Assembly: GCF_964204645.1 (NCBI RefSeq)
Contig: NC_134026.1
Coordinates: forward strand, 3,557,950 to 3,621,949
DNA length: 64,000 nucleotides
DNA from: Tubulanus polymorphus
Lineage: Eukaryota > Animalia > Nemertea
Direction: 5' to 3'
The notes under the pieces are model-generated. The model saw only the letters and a list, made by a program, of their open reading frames with translations. It did not search any database and was not told the origin of the DNA. This document shows positions 24,638 to 36,784 of the stretch, in pieces (position 1 is the first letter of the stretch; each line of letters starts with the position of its first letter). The translations under genes and the position numbers were made by a program.

Positions 24638-27549
24638 TCAACCACAAAATCTGCACATTTTTGCGCAAAACAGTCTCATCTGCCCAACGCGCGTTACGCA
24701 ATATCCTTTGTCAAAAAAATAATCGCAATCTGGTCGCAAATCTTCACAATCGACACTTTTACGGGACGTTGGTCCTACAAATGAAATGAAATAAGTCGAA
24801 TGATGAAAACCGAATTCCTCGCATTATTCAACATCGAAAATCCAAACGATAAAACTTTATCATACTAAACCTAAATGTTGCGGGAATTTGATAGAAAGGA
24901 AGTACGTGTAGAGTTGCGTAAACGTACCGCATTCGTACAGTATTCTGACTCGTTCAACATCCAGGCCCTCCAGAGTCCTGCTACCCAGTTCAACTCCTGG
25001 TTCTAAGGCGACGATAGTTTGATCAGCGCTTGTACTGAAGGCATATTCGTCGTAGTGAAGAATCGAATGGTAATTATAAGGCGTATTTAATAGATCCATA
25101 TTCTCAGTTTCCATGTCGAAATTGTGAACTTGCCCTGAAATAGGATACGCAAATATGTATTTACCATTACGTTATCTATATATCTTATCAATGTATATTT
25201 ACTACACGGAAAATCATTAAATATTTTTTTCTATAAGCAGAATTATTCTATCATGTAGGTGAATATCCCGTAAAATCAGCACTCTATCAGCAGGGCGGAT
25301 TCGCTTATGTTATGTATTTGAACACTGAAACACAATCGTGTGCTTTTATCGTTTAACTCACATTCTAACCGCGGTCGCAAAACCGAAGAGTTGAAAAAGA
25401 TATAAGCTGGAAATCATTATCGTAGAGGATCACTGACAATAACTATCTATTTATTTGTTCTATGTTAGTGAAGGCGTGTTCACGCTTGCAGCTCGCGGCA
25501 ATTTCCGATCGAGCTTGATCGATATACTGACCTTTTGCGACATTTTCAAAGTTAATTTTCACGTATTTGTTCCTATCAGTTCGGGCTTGTTCATGCCAGA
25601 AACCAAGGGTGTGAAGCATTTCGTGTTGTACCGTTGCCATTTGCTCCAGGCAATAAAAACTACCCAATAACACTTTTTGTTTGCCCCCCAACATCCCGAC
25701 TGGTGACATACATCTACAATTAAAAAAACAAACGACTGAATATGATGCGCAGCGTTGCTTCTAAAATTACACTCGTTATTCTGTATATTCAATAAGTAAT
25801 TTCTGCGATCTGTTGAGGATGCAAGATACACTTAAAGGTTATAAGTCGTATCTAGTTATTTTTACGATACAACTATACATTTATTCCTAACACACATACG
25901 TCGGTTTGTCTTCTATGAATACATAATCATCTCCTTCGTTCGATTTCTTTTCGACGAATTCCACGCACCCGTCGTGTCCATCTGCGTTCACTTTCGAAAC
26001 TAGTTCTTTAATAGCTTTTCGAATAATGTCCCTGCTTGCAACCGCTGAAGAAAAGATATCATTCACTCTAATTTGAGAGAGACCAAGACATAGAGTTGGG
26101 TAAAATGGGAAATAGGGCTTACGTTTCATAACTTTGAGGATTTACAGGGAGTTTTGTTTACACCACGTAAGATACAAGAAAATTCGATTTTTTTCATGTT
26201 TATTTCTGTTTGAGAATAAGAGGATTTTTAATCTACTTCGAGTGCTGAAATGTCGCCCTAGATTCTACAAAACGCGTCACGTGAAAATAATTGATTCGGC
26301 TCGTTTAAATTATTGAAATAATTTGTAATGTTGAAAATCGTATAACTTTCGAATTTTTCCCTTCACCCCATACCATTATTTCAGAAAAAAAATCTGTATT
26401 CCAATCATTAAAAAGACCTAAATGCCAATATGGTTAACCTAACATGGAAGGAAGAAAGTTTGAACATTTCCAGATTGCATTTGGTGCTCAAATGTCCGAA
26501 GTGAACTTACGGTAATCGTCAGAAAATTCGTAGGTTACTTTTCCATTTGGCCACAGCATAGACTTTCTACGGATACCATTTCGCCACTGAATTATGTATG
26601 AATCAGTAATAGAAATGATGAGTATTGATGAGTGTTTTTTAGACATTTTGCAAAATGAATATGCTCTTATGATCAGCATTACCAAGAACTTACGTCAATC
26701 ATTTGCGAAAGGTCGATATCACCTTGGTATTGACCTTTGAAAAAATAAACAAAAAATCCATTGCGCCTCGATCATACACAGCGTTATGAGGTACGAGATT
26801 TTGAAAAAAAAACTGCTAATGCTCTTGACCGCTACTTGAGTGGATACTAGAATTTACAATCACGAAGCTGGAAGGGAATCAGGAAATTGCGAGTGTCATC
26901 CCGGGAAAAACAACGATATAAGACCATTAAATACTAAAAGCTCACAGACACCGGTGGTGGCCGATCCCAACTTCTAAGTGCTCCTTTTTTGCAAAGGCTA
27001 ATCACTCTCATCGCGACAGTAATATCCTTTCACCTGATCTGTATTCCGGAAATTTCCGTGCATTTTCTTCGGCTTTACCGAGCTAGAAAATATAACGAAT
27101 AAATCAAGGTAATTAGTTTAGATATGACACGGCCATATCGAGCTCAATGCGTTTGCTCGATTTCTTTTTTGTCAAAGCAGGTTAGTTGAATCCTTATAAG
27201 ATTATTATCTAGCGGCGCTTCACTTCCGGGCGTGTTCAGTTCGTGCGATATTATTCTACGCTGTAGCGCCTCACGAAACGTCGATGAAAAGGTAACGTAT
27301 CTCATCGTAATCTAATTACACGATTAGACGTGCAATAGACTTTCTTCACAAGGAAACTTAATTCTAAATTGAAGTAGTTTCTGATTCATCACTTTTGTTA
27401 TTATCAAAAATTAGGTAATTCACACTGAAATCATTTTCTCAAAATCATTTCATTCTCTGGCGTTGACTGATATTTCTTACCTTCGTGGCTAACGTATGCT
27501 CTGCAAAAATCACCACCAGAATCGGAACCAAAATACAAAAGAAATCCAT
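24638..27549 (-). CDS. Secreted astacin-family zinc metalloprotease with C-terminal ShKT domain, 8 exons, ~301 aa
   Basis: Exons at 27549-27481, 27082-27034, 26734-26694, 26586-26511, 26044-25900, 25713-25532, 25134-24928 and 24774-24638. Signal peptide MDFFCILVPILVVIFAEHTLA, prodomain YQGDI, activation site RNG, zinc motif HEMLHTLGFWHEQARTDR, Met-turn position SILHY, six-Cys ShKT CEDLRPDCDYFFDKGYCVTRVGQMRLFCAKMCRFC. Confidence 0.9.
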
Positions 27550-27894
27550 CGTATCCTCGCCAAATATGGTCTATATAGATAGTTCCGTATATATAATAGA
27601 AACTGGATGTGGGAAAAATAGTGGTTGTTGCGCGGTATGATTTGAGTTATGGCAGTTCAGTTGTCAAAACCGTAATTCTATATTATCCGAACAAATAATC
27701 ATATAGTCTTATCTATTTGCAATCCCACGCACGTATTTCGATTGATTGAAATAAAACAAAATCGTCCTTCATACGGAAGCGTTTGAACTGGTGAGCAAAA
27801 TAAGTTAGTGCGACTAAACAAACAAACAAATTCGTTTCATTACGAAATCATCTCGATTTATTCATTACTCATATAATCGTTGAATACACGTATA

Positions 27895-28131
27895 CAGTCA
27901 AAAGTTCGTTATAACGCTACCATCCTTGTTAACGCCACTGCGCATTTAACGCCATAACATTTTCAGAGAGCAAATTTGCTAAATATAACTCAAATTCGAA
28001 GAAAATACGATTCTTTATAACGCCAAATTCCTTATATTGCCATCATCATCAATATGACGGACGGATAGAGGACTGGTAGAGGCCATGCTTTCCATTGGTC
28101 CCAACAGCGGCATTGTCAAGGACGTTTACTG
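27895..28131. mobile_element. pogo/Tigger-like MITE upstream of the astacin gene
   Basis: TA|CAGTCAAAAGTTCGTTATAACGC ... GCATTGTCAAGGACGTTTACTG|TA: degenerate TIRs with a TA target-site duplication, internal (T)AACGC repeats and subterminal GGTCCC. Confidence 0.6.
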
Positions 28132-29288
28132 TATGATGAGATTAGATGAGCTAAGATGCCTTACAACGTATAATTACAATGTACAATTGAATAATTCTTG
28201 ACAACATACAAACAATCGATACAACGTTTCAAATTTAGATTATGCATCGATTTACCAGTAAAGAGTCGACGTGATAGTTTAAAGGAGTAATAGACTTAAA
28301 CAACAACATTGCTCGCCGATTTTTTACAAAATGAAAATTGAATATCGATTCAGTATTTACAGCAGCATTCATTCAACGTTTTATACCTGCAAATGAAAAG
28401 ATTATGTAATTTTGCGTTAATCTCTAGAGGCGTATTAGTATTAGGTTATTTTTAGTGAGTAGGATTTCTAAGAAGTTTTAGAAGAGATCGATTTTACAGT
28501 AGAATTTTCATATCAATTTTGATCGATGGAAATGTCGTCTTTGATATCGATTACATGAAATCAATCTTTAAGCAACACTGACTTTTTTTCGAAATTGATC
28601 CTCCTTTTTATACTTTCATTTTTGAATTCCTAGCTGTGAGTTAACTGTATTCCCCGAGGATCGATCGCGTCACTGCAGATTTTACTATAAGCGCCTACGG
28701 CGTAGATTTTTCCGCCAGTAAATTAATCAGGCGGATTGAATTGCAAAGGATGAAAGCTAGAATGTTACATAACGAATAGTTTCACCGCACGGAATGACAA
28801 CATTGAAAAAAAGACATTATGCAAGGTAGATCCATTTATAATAGTTCCGATTAGCCAGTACATCTAACAACACTGACTGACGTGTCTGAAATAGGGAATC
28901 ACTTGAATTGAAAATAGGATAACCCATCATTTGTATAGATTGAAAGCTTTTCTCTATTTCTATGAAGTCCTATTATAAGAGCATAGAAAGCATCTGTAGT
29001 AATCTATCGCCCCAACATCTTCATGATAGTTACAACGTTTAGAATAGCGATTTCATATCATATCGTTTATTTCCTCGAATCACTGCCTTTCCTCCCGGCT
29101 AAAATGATGTAGAATGATATTCCCGACACATCAAACCAATCATATGTAACACACAAAAAAGCTTCTCTAATAGATACATATAAGGTAGTTTGACGTTTCT
29201 CTCAGAGAGTAGTGACATTTTCTTTTATTGACAATATTTCTCGCTTCCACATTTGATGAGAAATGCGCCTCACCAATTTTGTTTTGAG

Positions 29289-32200
29289 TCAAACAACGCG
29301 TGAACTCACGGTGGCTACTTGAGCATCTCCGAGGCGTCCATCGCTCGATCGTGCTGGCATCGGGCCAATAGACCTGTGTTTCGAAAAGCTCATTCCACCT
29401 GTTCTGGTTGCGGTGAAAAATGTGAGGTCTGTTTCTTTTAGATAAAACAAAGCGTAAACCCTGCTCACGAATAAGCATATCATGGTAACAAATGAAGTCA
29501 GAATCAATGATAGCGCTAACAACATTGACTTGTGGATTGCAGTCGATGCAGAGAAATACGTAGGTAAAAAAGCGATCCATAAAAATAGGGTAGCGCAGAC
29601 GGACAGGAAAATGTAACGTGACTCGTTAAAGTTCTCGGGTAGCATACGAGTCAGGTATCCGTAAATTGCGGATACAAAAATTAATACGAGGTTGTAAGAC
29701 AGAGGAATGACTAGAGCCTTGACAGGAAGGTCACATAAAAGCTCGACATATGGTCTTGTCTCCACCGGCATGTAGCGTTTCGGTGTGGGTGGCAAGAAGA
29801 TCACTGTCACTGTACATATCAAAAGCTGAAAATAGGAAAATATGAAACATATAACCTAATATATCATCAAGAGCTCATTACAGCTTAGGATCACAGCTTA
29901 GGCAATGACCATTTGACAACGAATTAATTCATTAGTCCAATCTTGCGTTCAGGGCTTAACTATAGCAAAGAGCACGAGCAAGATCAAAGGTGCCATTTCG
30001 AGAACAATAAATCACAGAAAAAAAAGAAGGAAATTATCTAATTTTCCCCTGATTATCAATTCGAAATTCAAGCATGATTCTTTATTACTATTTGTTTAAG
30101 CACGGGGAGCTTTACATTAATTAGTAAATATGCACGGCCATCCTTTTTGCACAAATAAGAACTGACGACACTTCGAAGATTAGACGGCGAAACATCTCCG
30201 ATCAATATTACGCGCTTCTATACATCGTTTGAAAGCTATCAACGCTTTTACGCCATATACGTAATTATGAATAAAATCAATTTTTCAAAAATATTTTTAC
30301 GGTGGACAGAATGCAACCGTTTCGTGACGCACGCACTTTTAATTCGCGTAACGAAACATTTTCACCGTAGTTCTGTTCGGTATTTTAACCTTTGTTCTGC
30401 CTATCAAAATTAATAGATAGAATCGCAATTTGTTCTTCGATGGAAATATAGGGTGTGGTGATTTTGCCGCGGAATCGGCGCAGATGGTTTAACGTTCACG
30501 TAAGGATTACCTGCATGAGTGACTTAAGAAATTTAGATCGATTATTTTTAAATATAAATTCACAGCTTTCATTTGTGCGGCGGCATTAGAAATATCTTCT
30601 TACCTGAACGAATACGAGTGCGACCGATATAATGATCTGCGATTTGGCGCTGGTCCACATAAACTCATTACTCCGCAATCCTCTTCTACCACCCGTGAAT
30701 ATTCGGTAAATGCGATTACTTTTCGTCAACAGCGGAGCGAAAATCATCGTGTACGAGACGTGGTAGAGAATTCTCCACGAGTAACACACCGTCCCGCCCG
30801 GCGTGGAAAAAATCAGAAAAACAGTGATGAGGCTAATCACAAACCCGAACAGTATTATCAAACTAGTTTCCCACGATCCGGCTTTTATGAGCCGTTGCGA
30901 CCTATAGAGCCAATAAATGATTATAATCCCTATAGTAGCCATCAAACCCAAAAACGACAAAATATCCAGACAAATAGCCACAGTGTGGTAATGATCGATA
31001 TATGTCGGTTTGATAAGTTTGCATGTTCGCAATGTCATTTGGTCCGGCCACTGGGTTTCTGGACATTTGTCGCAAGATCTCGAATCGTTGGCGATTTTAT
31101 AGTTGACTGGACAAGTCAAACATTGCCAACAACAGGAATCTTCGTCTATTTGTATTTTGTATTGTTTGTATTGGCAAGGCTCAGCACAAACCGATTTCGG
31201 CAGTTTGTCATGTTGAATCCCGTCGGAAATATTAGAAGGATTCGGCCATCTTAATGCCGTCACATTAACGTCTATTCGATTCCGCTTTTTCTCGAATCGA
31301 CCGATGACGTTGAAAATGTTATTTCCCGAATCTTCTTGTTGATATTGCAGAACCGTAATGCGGTGAATACCGTTACCATTTCTATCGAATTCGATCGGTC
31401 CGGTGTAGCCTTCGAACGATAACCCCTCCATAACGCTAATGACGTCACGTCCGGTTACGCATTCACGCAAAGCGGAACGGTTATTTCGTGCATCCGGGCA
31501 ATCGTTTTCGATAATTTTCTCGATCGAAATGTAAAAAGTCGCCAGAGCGTCGTAGATTTTAACGTAGTTTGTGTTTGGAATGGTTTCACGGTCGAAATCA
31601 AATTTACCGCTCGAATTGAAAGTTTTGTTCAGAAATTCGTCGCATGACGCATTTTCCCAGCTGCAATTGAAAATGTGTTCGACGTATTGCTGAGCCCACG
31701 GCGTCGGGATGTCCAAAGTGTTGTACGTTAATTGTCTAAGGTGCTCATAAAATTCCATTCCGTACGAATTATTCTCGTAAACTCTGACACCGAATGACCC
31801 GAGGCCCGCTTGCGGGTGACTTGCAAATGCTGATCGGCCCGCTTGTCCACTAGCGAAGATGAAATACGACGGAATGAAATCCGGCCGATCTTCTAACGCT
31901 TTTAAAATGCTCTTTAATATTGACGAGTAACCATAGAACATAACAACACGAGCCTTGCGGTTTTCGTGTAGATTTCTGGCTATGATCTTTGCTTGGCGGG
32001 TGGTCAAAACGCTCGGAACCATTCTTAGAAAAGCGATGCAAATTTTGTAGCTGCTCGCGGATCTTATGATTTCTTTCATGCCGTGTATGCCGTAGGTGTC
32101 ATCAGTGTAAATCACTGATATGTACGTCCAATTAAGAGTATTGACCATTTGCATGAGTGCGCGGATATGATATTTTGTCGGCGGATTAAAACGAAAGTGG

Positions 32201-32703
32201 TTGGGTAAATGCGAACGGTCGCCTAATTCATCAGAAGACGCAAATAAACTAATCAACGGAACATGCCTTTGAGCTAAAGCCTTGGCCTCTTCAAGCGCCA
32301 TAACAGAACCCTGACCACCAGAAACGCCAACAACGGGAACAATTTGCCTGCTATCTGGGAATACACCGATCATCTGCAAAGCGTGTCTTATGGCTAGAAT
32401 TTTGATATTACAGTTATCCAAAAGCGTTAGACCAATACTCACATTTTTTACTAAATCGCGTTGTTTGAGTCTTTCGATCGCGTATGCATACATGATAACC
32501 CTTTCTACCGATTGGGCATCCCTGATTTTTGGTACACATTGCGTTCCATTATCGGTGTAAACTCGTACCAACGCGCCGACGTAAATATCTCCAGGAATTT
32601 CCAACGAAACGTTCGGATAACCGTTTGAGTTGAGAATATCACCACAGGACACGGATGTACTTGTCGTCACCATCAAGAAGCAGCAGAAAATTATGACAGA
32701 CAT
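29289..32703 (-). CDS. Class C orphan GPCR, copy 2; 2 exons
   Basis: Exon 1, 32703-30604: signal peptide, VFT (PGDIYVGAL, LNWTYIS, ICIA), CRD (SVCAEPC...CCWQCLTC), TM1-4. Phase-0 intron at the same VQ|LL position as copy 1. Exon 2, 29825-29289. Confidence 0.92.
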
Positions 32704-33539
32704 TCCGATTCACCGTTTGCGCGGATACAATGACAAGATAGCCACGAGCTATTCTGCTTGCTTCCAAAAATGAAATCATCCCTTGCTTTATCTCACGCAC
32801 GCAACGTCGCCGCTGTTTGTAGCGTTTTTTCGTTTCTCGACACACGACTTAAAAATTGCCCTCGTCACTTTTCTTTACAACTTTCCGCGAAATTCCAATC
32901 AAGAGAATTTACGCGCGATTAGAAGTCCCAGCTTTCGTCGCATCGTTATCTATCGCGCGTAGACACTTGATCGACCATCCGAATTGTTTCGCGACAAGAA
33001 ATTATTGTTCGTCTGCCTCGAGGCGCAAATTGTAACCTGATCCGCTCTAAAGTCGATAATTACGTAAAACCCATTGCACAAAACTTGTAAATACCAAAGT
33101 TGTCAGATCTATCCTCTGCAATAGTATCATTTCATATATACATGGATTTCATTTCTTAACGCGCCCCATAATGACAAAGAAAGGTTATTTAATACGCAAT
33201 TTGGCTCGGCTAATAAGCTATCAGCAGCCGACAACTAGATTATCGTTTATCTCGCGACTGTAATTGTGACTATCGCGTGTGCATAAAGATGGCTCGGGGT
33301 AATAAGACCATCTTCAAGGTCGAGGACACTCCGAATATCGGAAAATGTAATGTCTCTCGGGGACAGTTCAGACCTAATTTCGCAACCTAGCACCAGACAC
33401 GAGCATCGTGGCATCCATGTCATGGTAGCCAAAAGACTTTTCGAATGTTGGAAATTTGATAAATGAATTGTGAATGAGTGTGGAGCCTGCAGGGACCTGG
33501 GACCTCAGTTCTTAAGTTCTTGGTTTAGTCACAAGGATT

Positions 33540-33846
33540 GGATTCTATTAGATTGTACATATTTTTCGGATGTACGTCTAAAATGCATCCACCCTCGTTT
33601 TTTAAGATTACCAGGCCAATTCGCACGCCTTTTAAATTCTAAAGGTAAAGCCTTGGGTAATGTAGCAATATTTGTTAAAAAGGGTTTATTATCATATGTT
33701 TAAAGCCATGATATTCCATCTTGTATCCCCTTTTTTTGATTAATAATGTATGATGTTGTTGTTAGTATTTTGTAAACTACTATGTGCTCTGTGCATTAAG
33801 TATTAATTGTGGAGCAATAAACTGAAACTGAAACTGAAACTGGAAA
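33540..33846 (+). mobile_element. 5'-truncated non-LTR retrotransposon (LINE) 3' end
   Basis: The remnant ILLDCTYFSDVRLKCIHPRF...FARLLNSKGKALGNVAIFVKKGL* resembles LINE ORF2 C-termini (HxLLxCxxxxxxR). It is followed by an AT-rich 3' UTR, AATAAA and a (CTGAAA)n microsatellite tail. Confidence 0.6.
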
Positions 33847-34520
33847 TTAACGTTTCTTGAAATGAATTCCTGTGGAATTTGGTTCTGGGTTACAAATCTT
33901 TCCGACTTCCTCGGTTACCGTCGTCTTATTTTACAGTATTGTGCTCCCAATAACATTTGAATTAATTCTTAATGAAAATATCTTTTACAATTTTCATATC
34001 ACATTAAAAAGGAATCTCCAAAAATTGCGCGGCTTTGAAATAGCGAGCACAAACCTCAGATATGACCCACAAACCAGCCCGATTACGGCCAACCAAATTC
34101 TGTTAAATCTTCATTTTCGATTGGAAACAAACTATAAAAAATTACGAGAGGTTTTTGGTGAGAAGATTAATTATGAAGTAATTTACGTCATTGAGATATT
34201 TTTTTTTCATTCACAGAGAAAACCGTTGCGCAAATCATCAAACATAACTGAAAGCCAGCGAATTGGCACACATTCTTTTACTATATATTGTCGGTTCACC
34301 GTAAACGTATAAATGTGATGCATACGCACGAATAACTGATAGAAAAATAATGAAAACCAATGATCTCATATTTCTTTTACCAAAAAATACCTTTAGAAAC
34401 CCGAATAACGTTAAGGGAATTAAGGTAATCATAAAGCTATTATAAGTCGGAATTGCGCTGAGTTATATTGCCATCATTCATCACTGATAAATGACGACCG
34501 GACGCAGCTGACGGGAGGTT

Positions 34521-34543
34521 GTTTCCATGGAGATTGTAAACAA
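34521..34543. promoter_or_regulatory. Candidate RFX X-box plus adjacent forkhead (FOXJ1-type) site upstream of the C3orf20-like gene
   Basis: GTTTCCATGGAGAT (34521-34534) is followed immediately by GTAAACAA (34536-34543). A further X-box-like GTCTTACGGCAAC lies at ~35327-35339. Confidence 0.4.
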
Positions 34544-36784
34544 CAACCGAGCAGTGACATTATCGATCAAAAACACTTCGTTGCATCTGTTTCAATGTCT
34601 CCGTCTGTTTCTATCAGGGCAACTAGTTTGTGGTTCAGTCGAATAATATCGTATACGTATATAGTACGTACAGGATGAGGCTTTTCAACGTTGATTTGAA
34701 ATTTTGAATATAATCAGCTTATCAAATATAAAACACGACAGTTGATGAAGCTGGTATTACAATGACTCTGAGTAATGAGTAATGATGCTATTGTCCTCGC
34801 GTTCGCCCGTCCAGAAAGGAACGATTGATTGCGCATTGAGCACTCCTACTGAAAATGAATAGTTAGTTGCTAACACCTATACCAACAGAGTAGTACAGCA
34901 AGAGAACGTCCCGTTGAATAACAGGCAATATAGTATAGATTATCTAACTAAGATCGTCTGGAAGGTGTGAACAAGGTTTATTACGATATATCATGGTATA
35001 TTTTCATCGAAATTTACCGACACGGGGAGAAAATATCTACAACCGTTGTAAGTAGATATTCTATATACGTCTGCGCCATGAAATTAATTTTTTCTTTACG
35101 TTATCTTTATTTCTACGAGTCGCGCGTAGTCGGGCTGTTTATTTTGCTGGGCGTTGAAGTATTCGCGTTGTGTGCTTAATCTAATCTGAAAATTCGAGGC
35201 AACGCGTCATAATAAAAGCGTCAAATTTCGAGGACCCTGCAAGACAAAGGTCTCGGTCGTTCTAACCGGTTAGTTGATCGCGACGATTTGTTCTATGTCA
35301 CTCGCATATGAAATATGTTTTAATCCGTCTTACGGCAACGAACTGGTTTACGTTTGTTAATCTCGTTACCATGTACGTGAACTATTCGTCAGAGTACGAA
35401 TAGCGGCTCTGTAGATTTGCATACTATATCTAGTTGGAGTTTAGTCGTTAGCTATATATTGGTGGATTAATGATGAACTCTTGTCATAGTTCTATGAAAT
35501 GTATTTATTTTGTTGAAGGAAGCGACACTAGCATACATTAAGGTACATATACAAATTCTGCATAATTCAGATGATTCTCTTGAAATTGAATACAATTTTA
35601 AAATATTCGGTTCTTATGATTTCCGGTAGCTATACTGGTGGTTTCGACTATTCGGGAATAATGTAATCTGTCACCGTAGTTACTGTCGTTCTGGCGAAAT
35701 ATAAACTTAGTTACCAATGCTTAGCTACAGCACGGATGGTAGAATTATCTGGGATATCATCAATAGCCTTATTTGAACAGCAAACAAAACGAAATTCATT
35801 TGGGAATTTTCGGAGATATAGTTTATCTAAGGTATTTCATACGAGCATCTTATATAGATTTATATACACAATGATCGCTTGATTTTAAAGTGCTCGTAAT
35901 GTTAAGCGAATATGCATTCCGGATCTCTGTTGTTAATGATGGCTTTGGAAATTTGATATAACCAGCGGGTCGAATTTCCTTCATCTTATGTCGTTAGCCT
36001 GACAGAATTCAATTCAAGCTCCTCTGATTTATGTCTCATTCGGCACGGGAAATTAAAGCCTAGTTATAAAATATGACAAGTAAGCGATGTAAAGAGATGT
36101 GTAGTTTTATTACAACTGGCTACTATTTAGTTAATATAAATTCATTGAAAGGCGGCATATTTATTTCATCAAAACAAATAGGCAACGCCATTAAGTATAT
36201 ATACAAGACTAATAGCCGGTGTTTATAGGCTAGTGCACACGCAGTAGTGCAGTATTTCAAGTATTTCAACCATTAGCCCTCGGAAGGTAGCGTTACTTTT
36301 CGAGTGTTTCTGTGAGTCCTATAAAATCAGCACATGTGAATATCTTAATTCCACTTAAATCTCTACAGATTACTCAGTCCATCTATTTGTTTTTTCAAAA
36401 CGTAATTCACGAAGCTTTTGTTATGAATAATAGAGAATTGGAATGTGCAGAATAGTTTCGATGTCGACGTTAATCATCGTCAATTGTGACATTGGTGTCT
36501 GCTTGAAAAAAAAACAGCATGCAATTACATTGTTAAATGTCCCCATTGTGTCATTAACGCTATTCCAGCTTTATATTCGGTAAACTATGATAAGCTTTGT
36601 CAAATATGTATATATGTCAATCAGATAAACCAATGCCAATAAAGAAGATAATAGAATCGGCTATGTTTGTTCGTTGATATCGTATACATATATCTAAATA
36701 TTTTCTTTTATCTTTCTAGGTATTTAACCGGTAGTTTGATGAATTGAACTGGTTGTAGAAATCTGATCAAGCTGCAGAGGAAAA

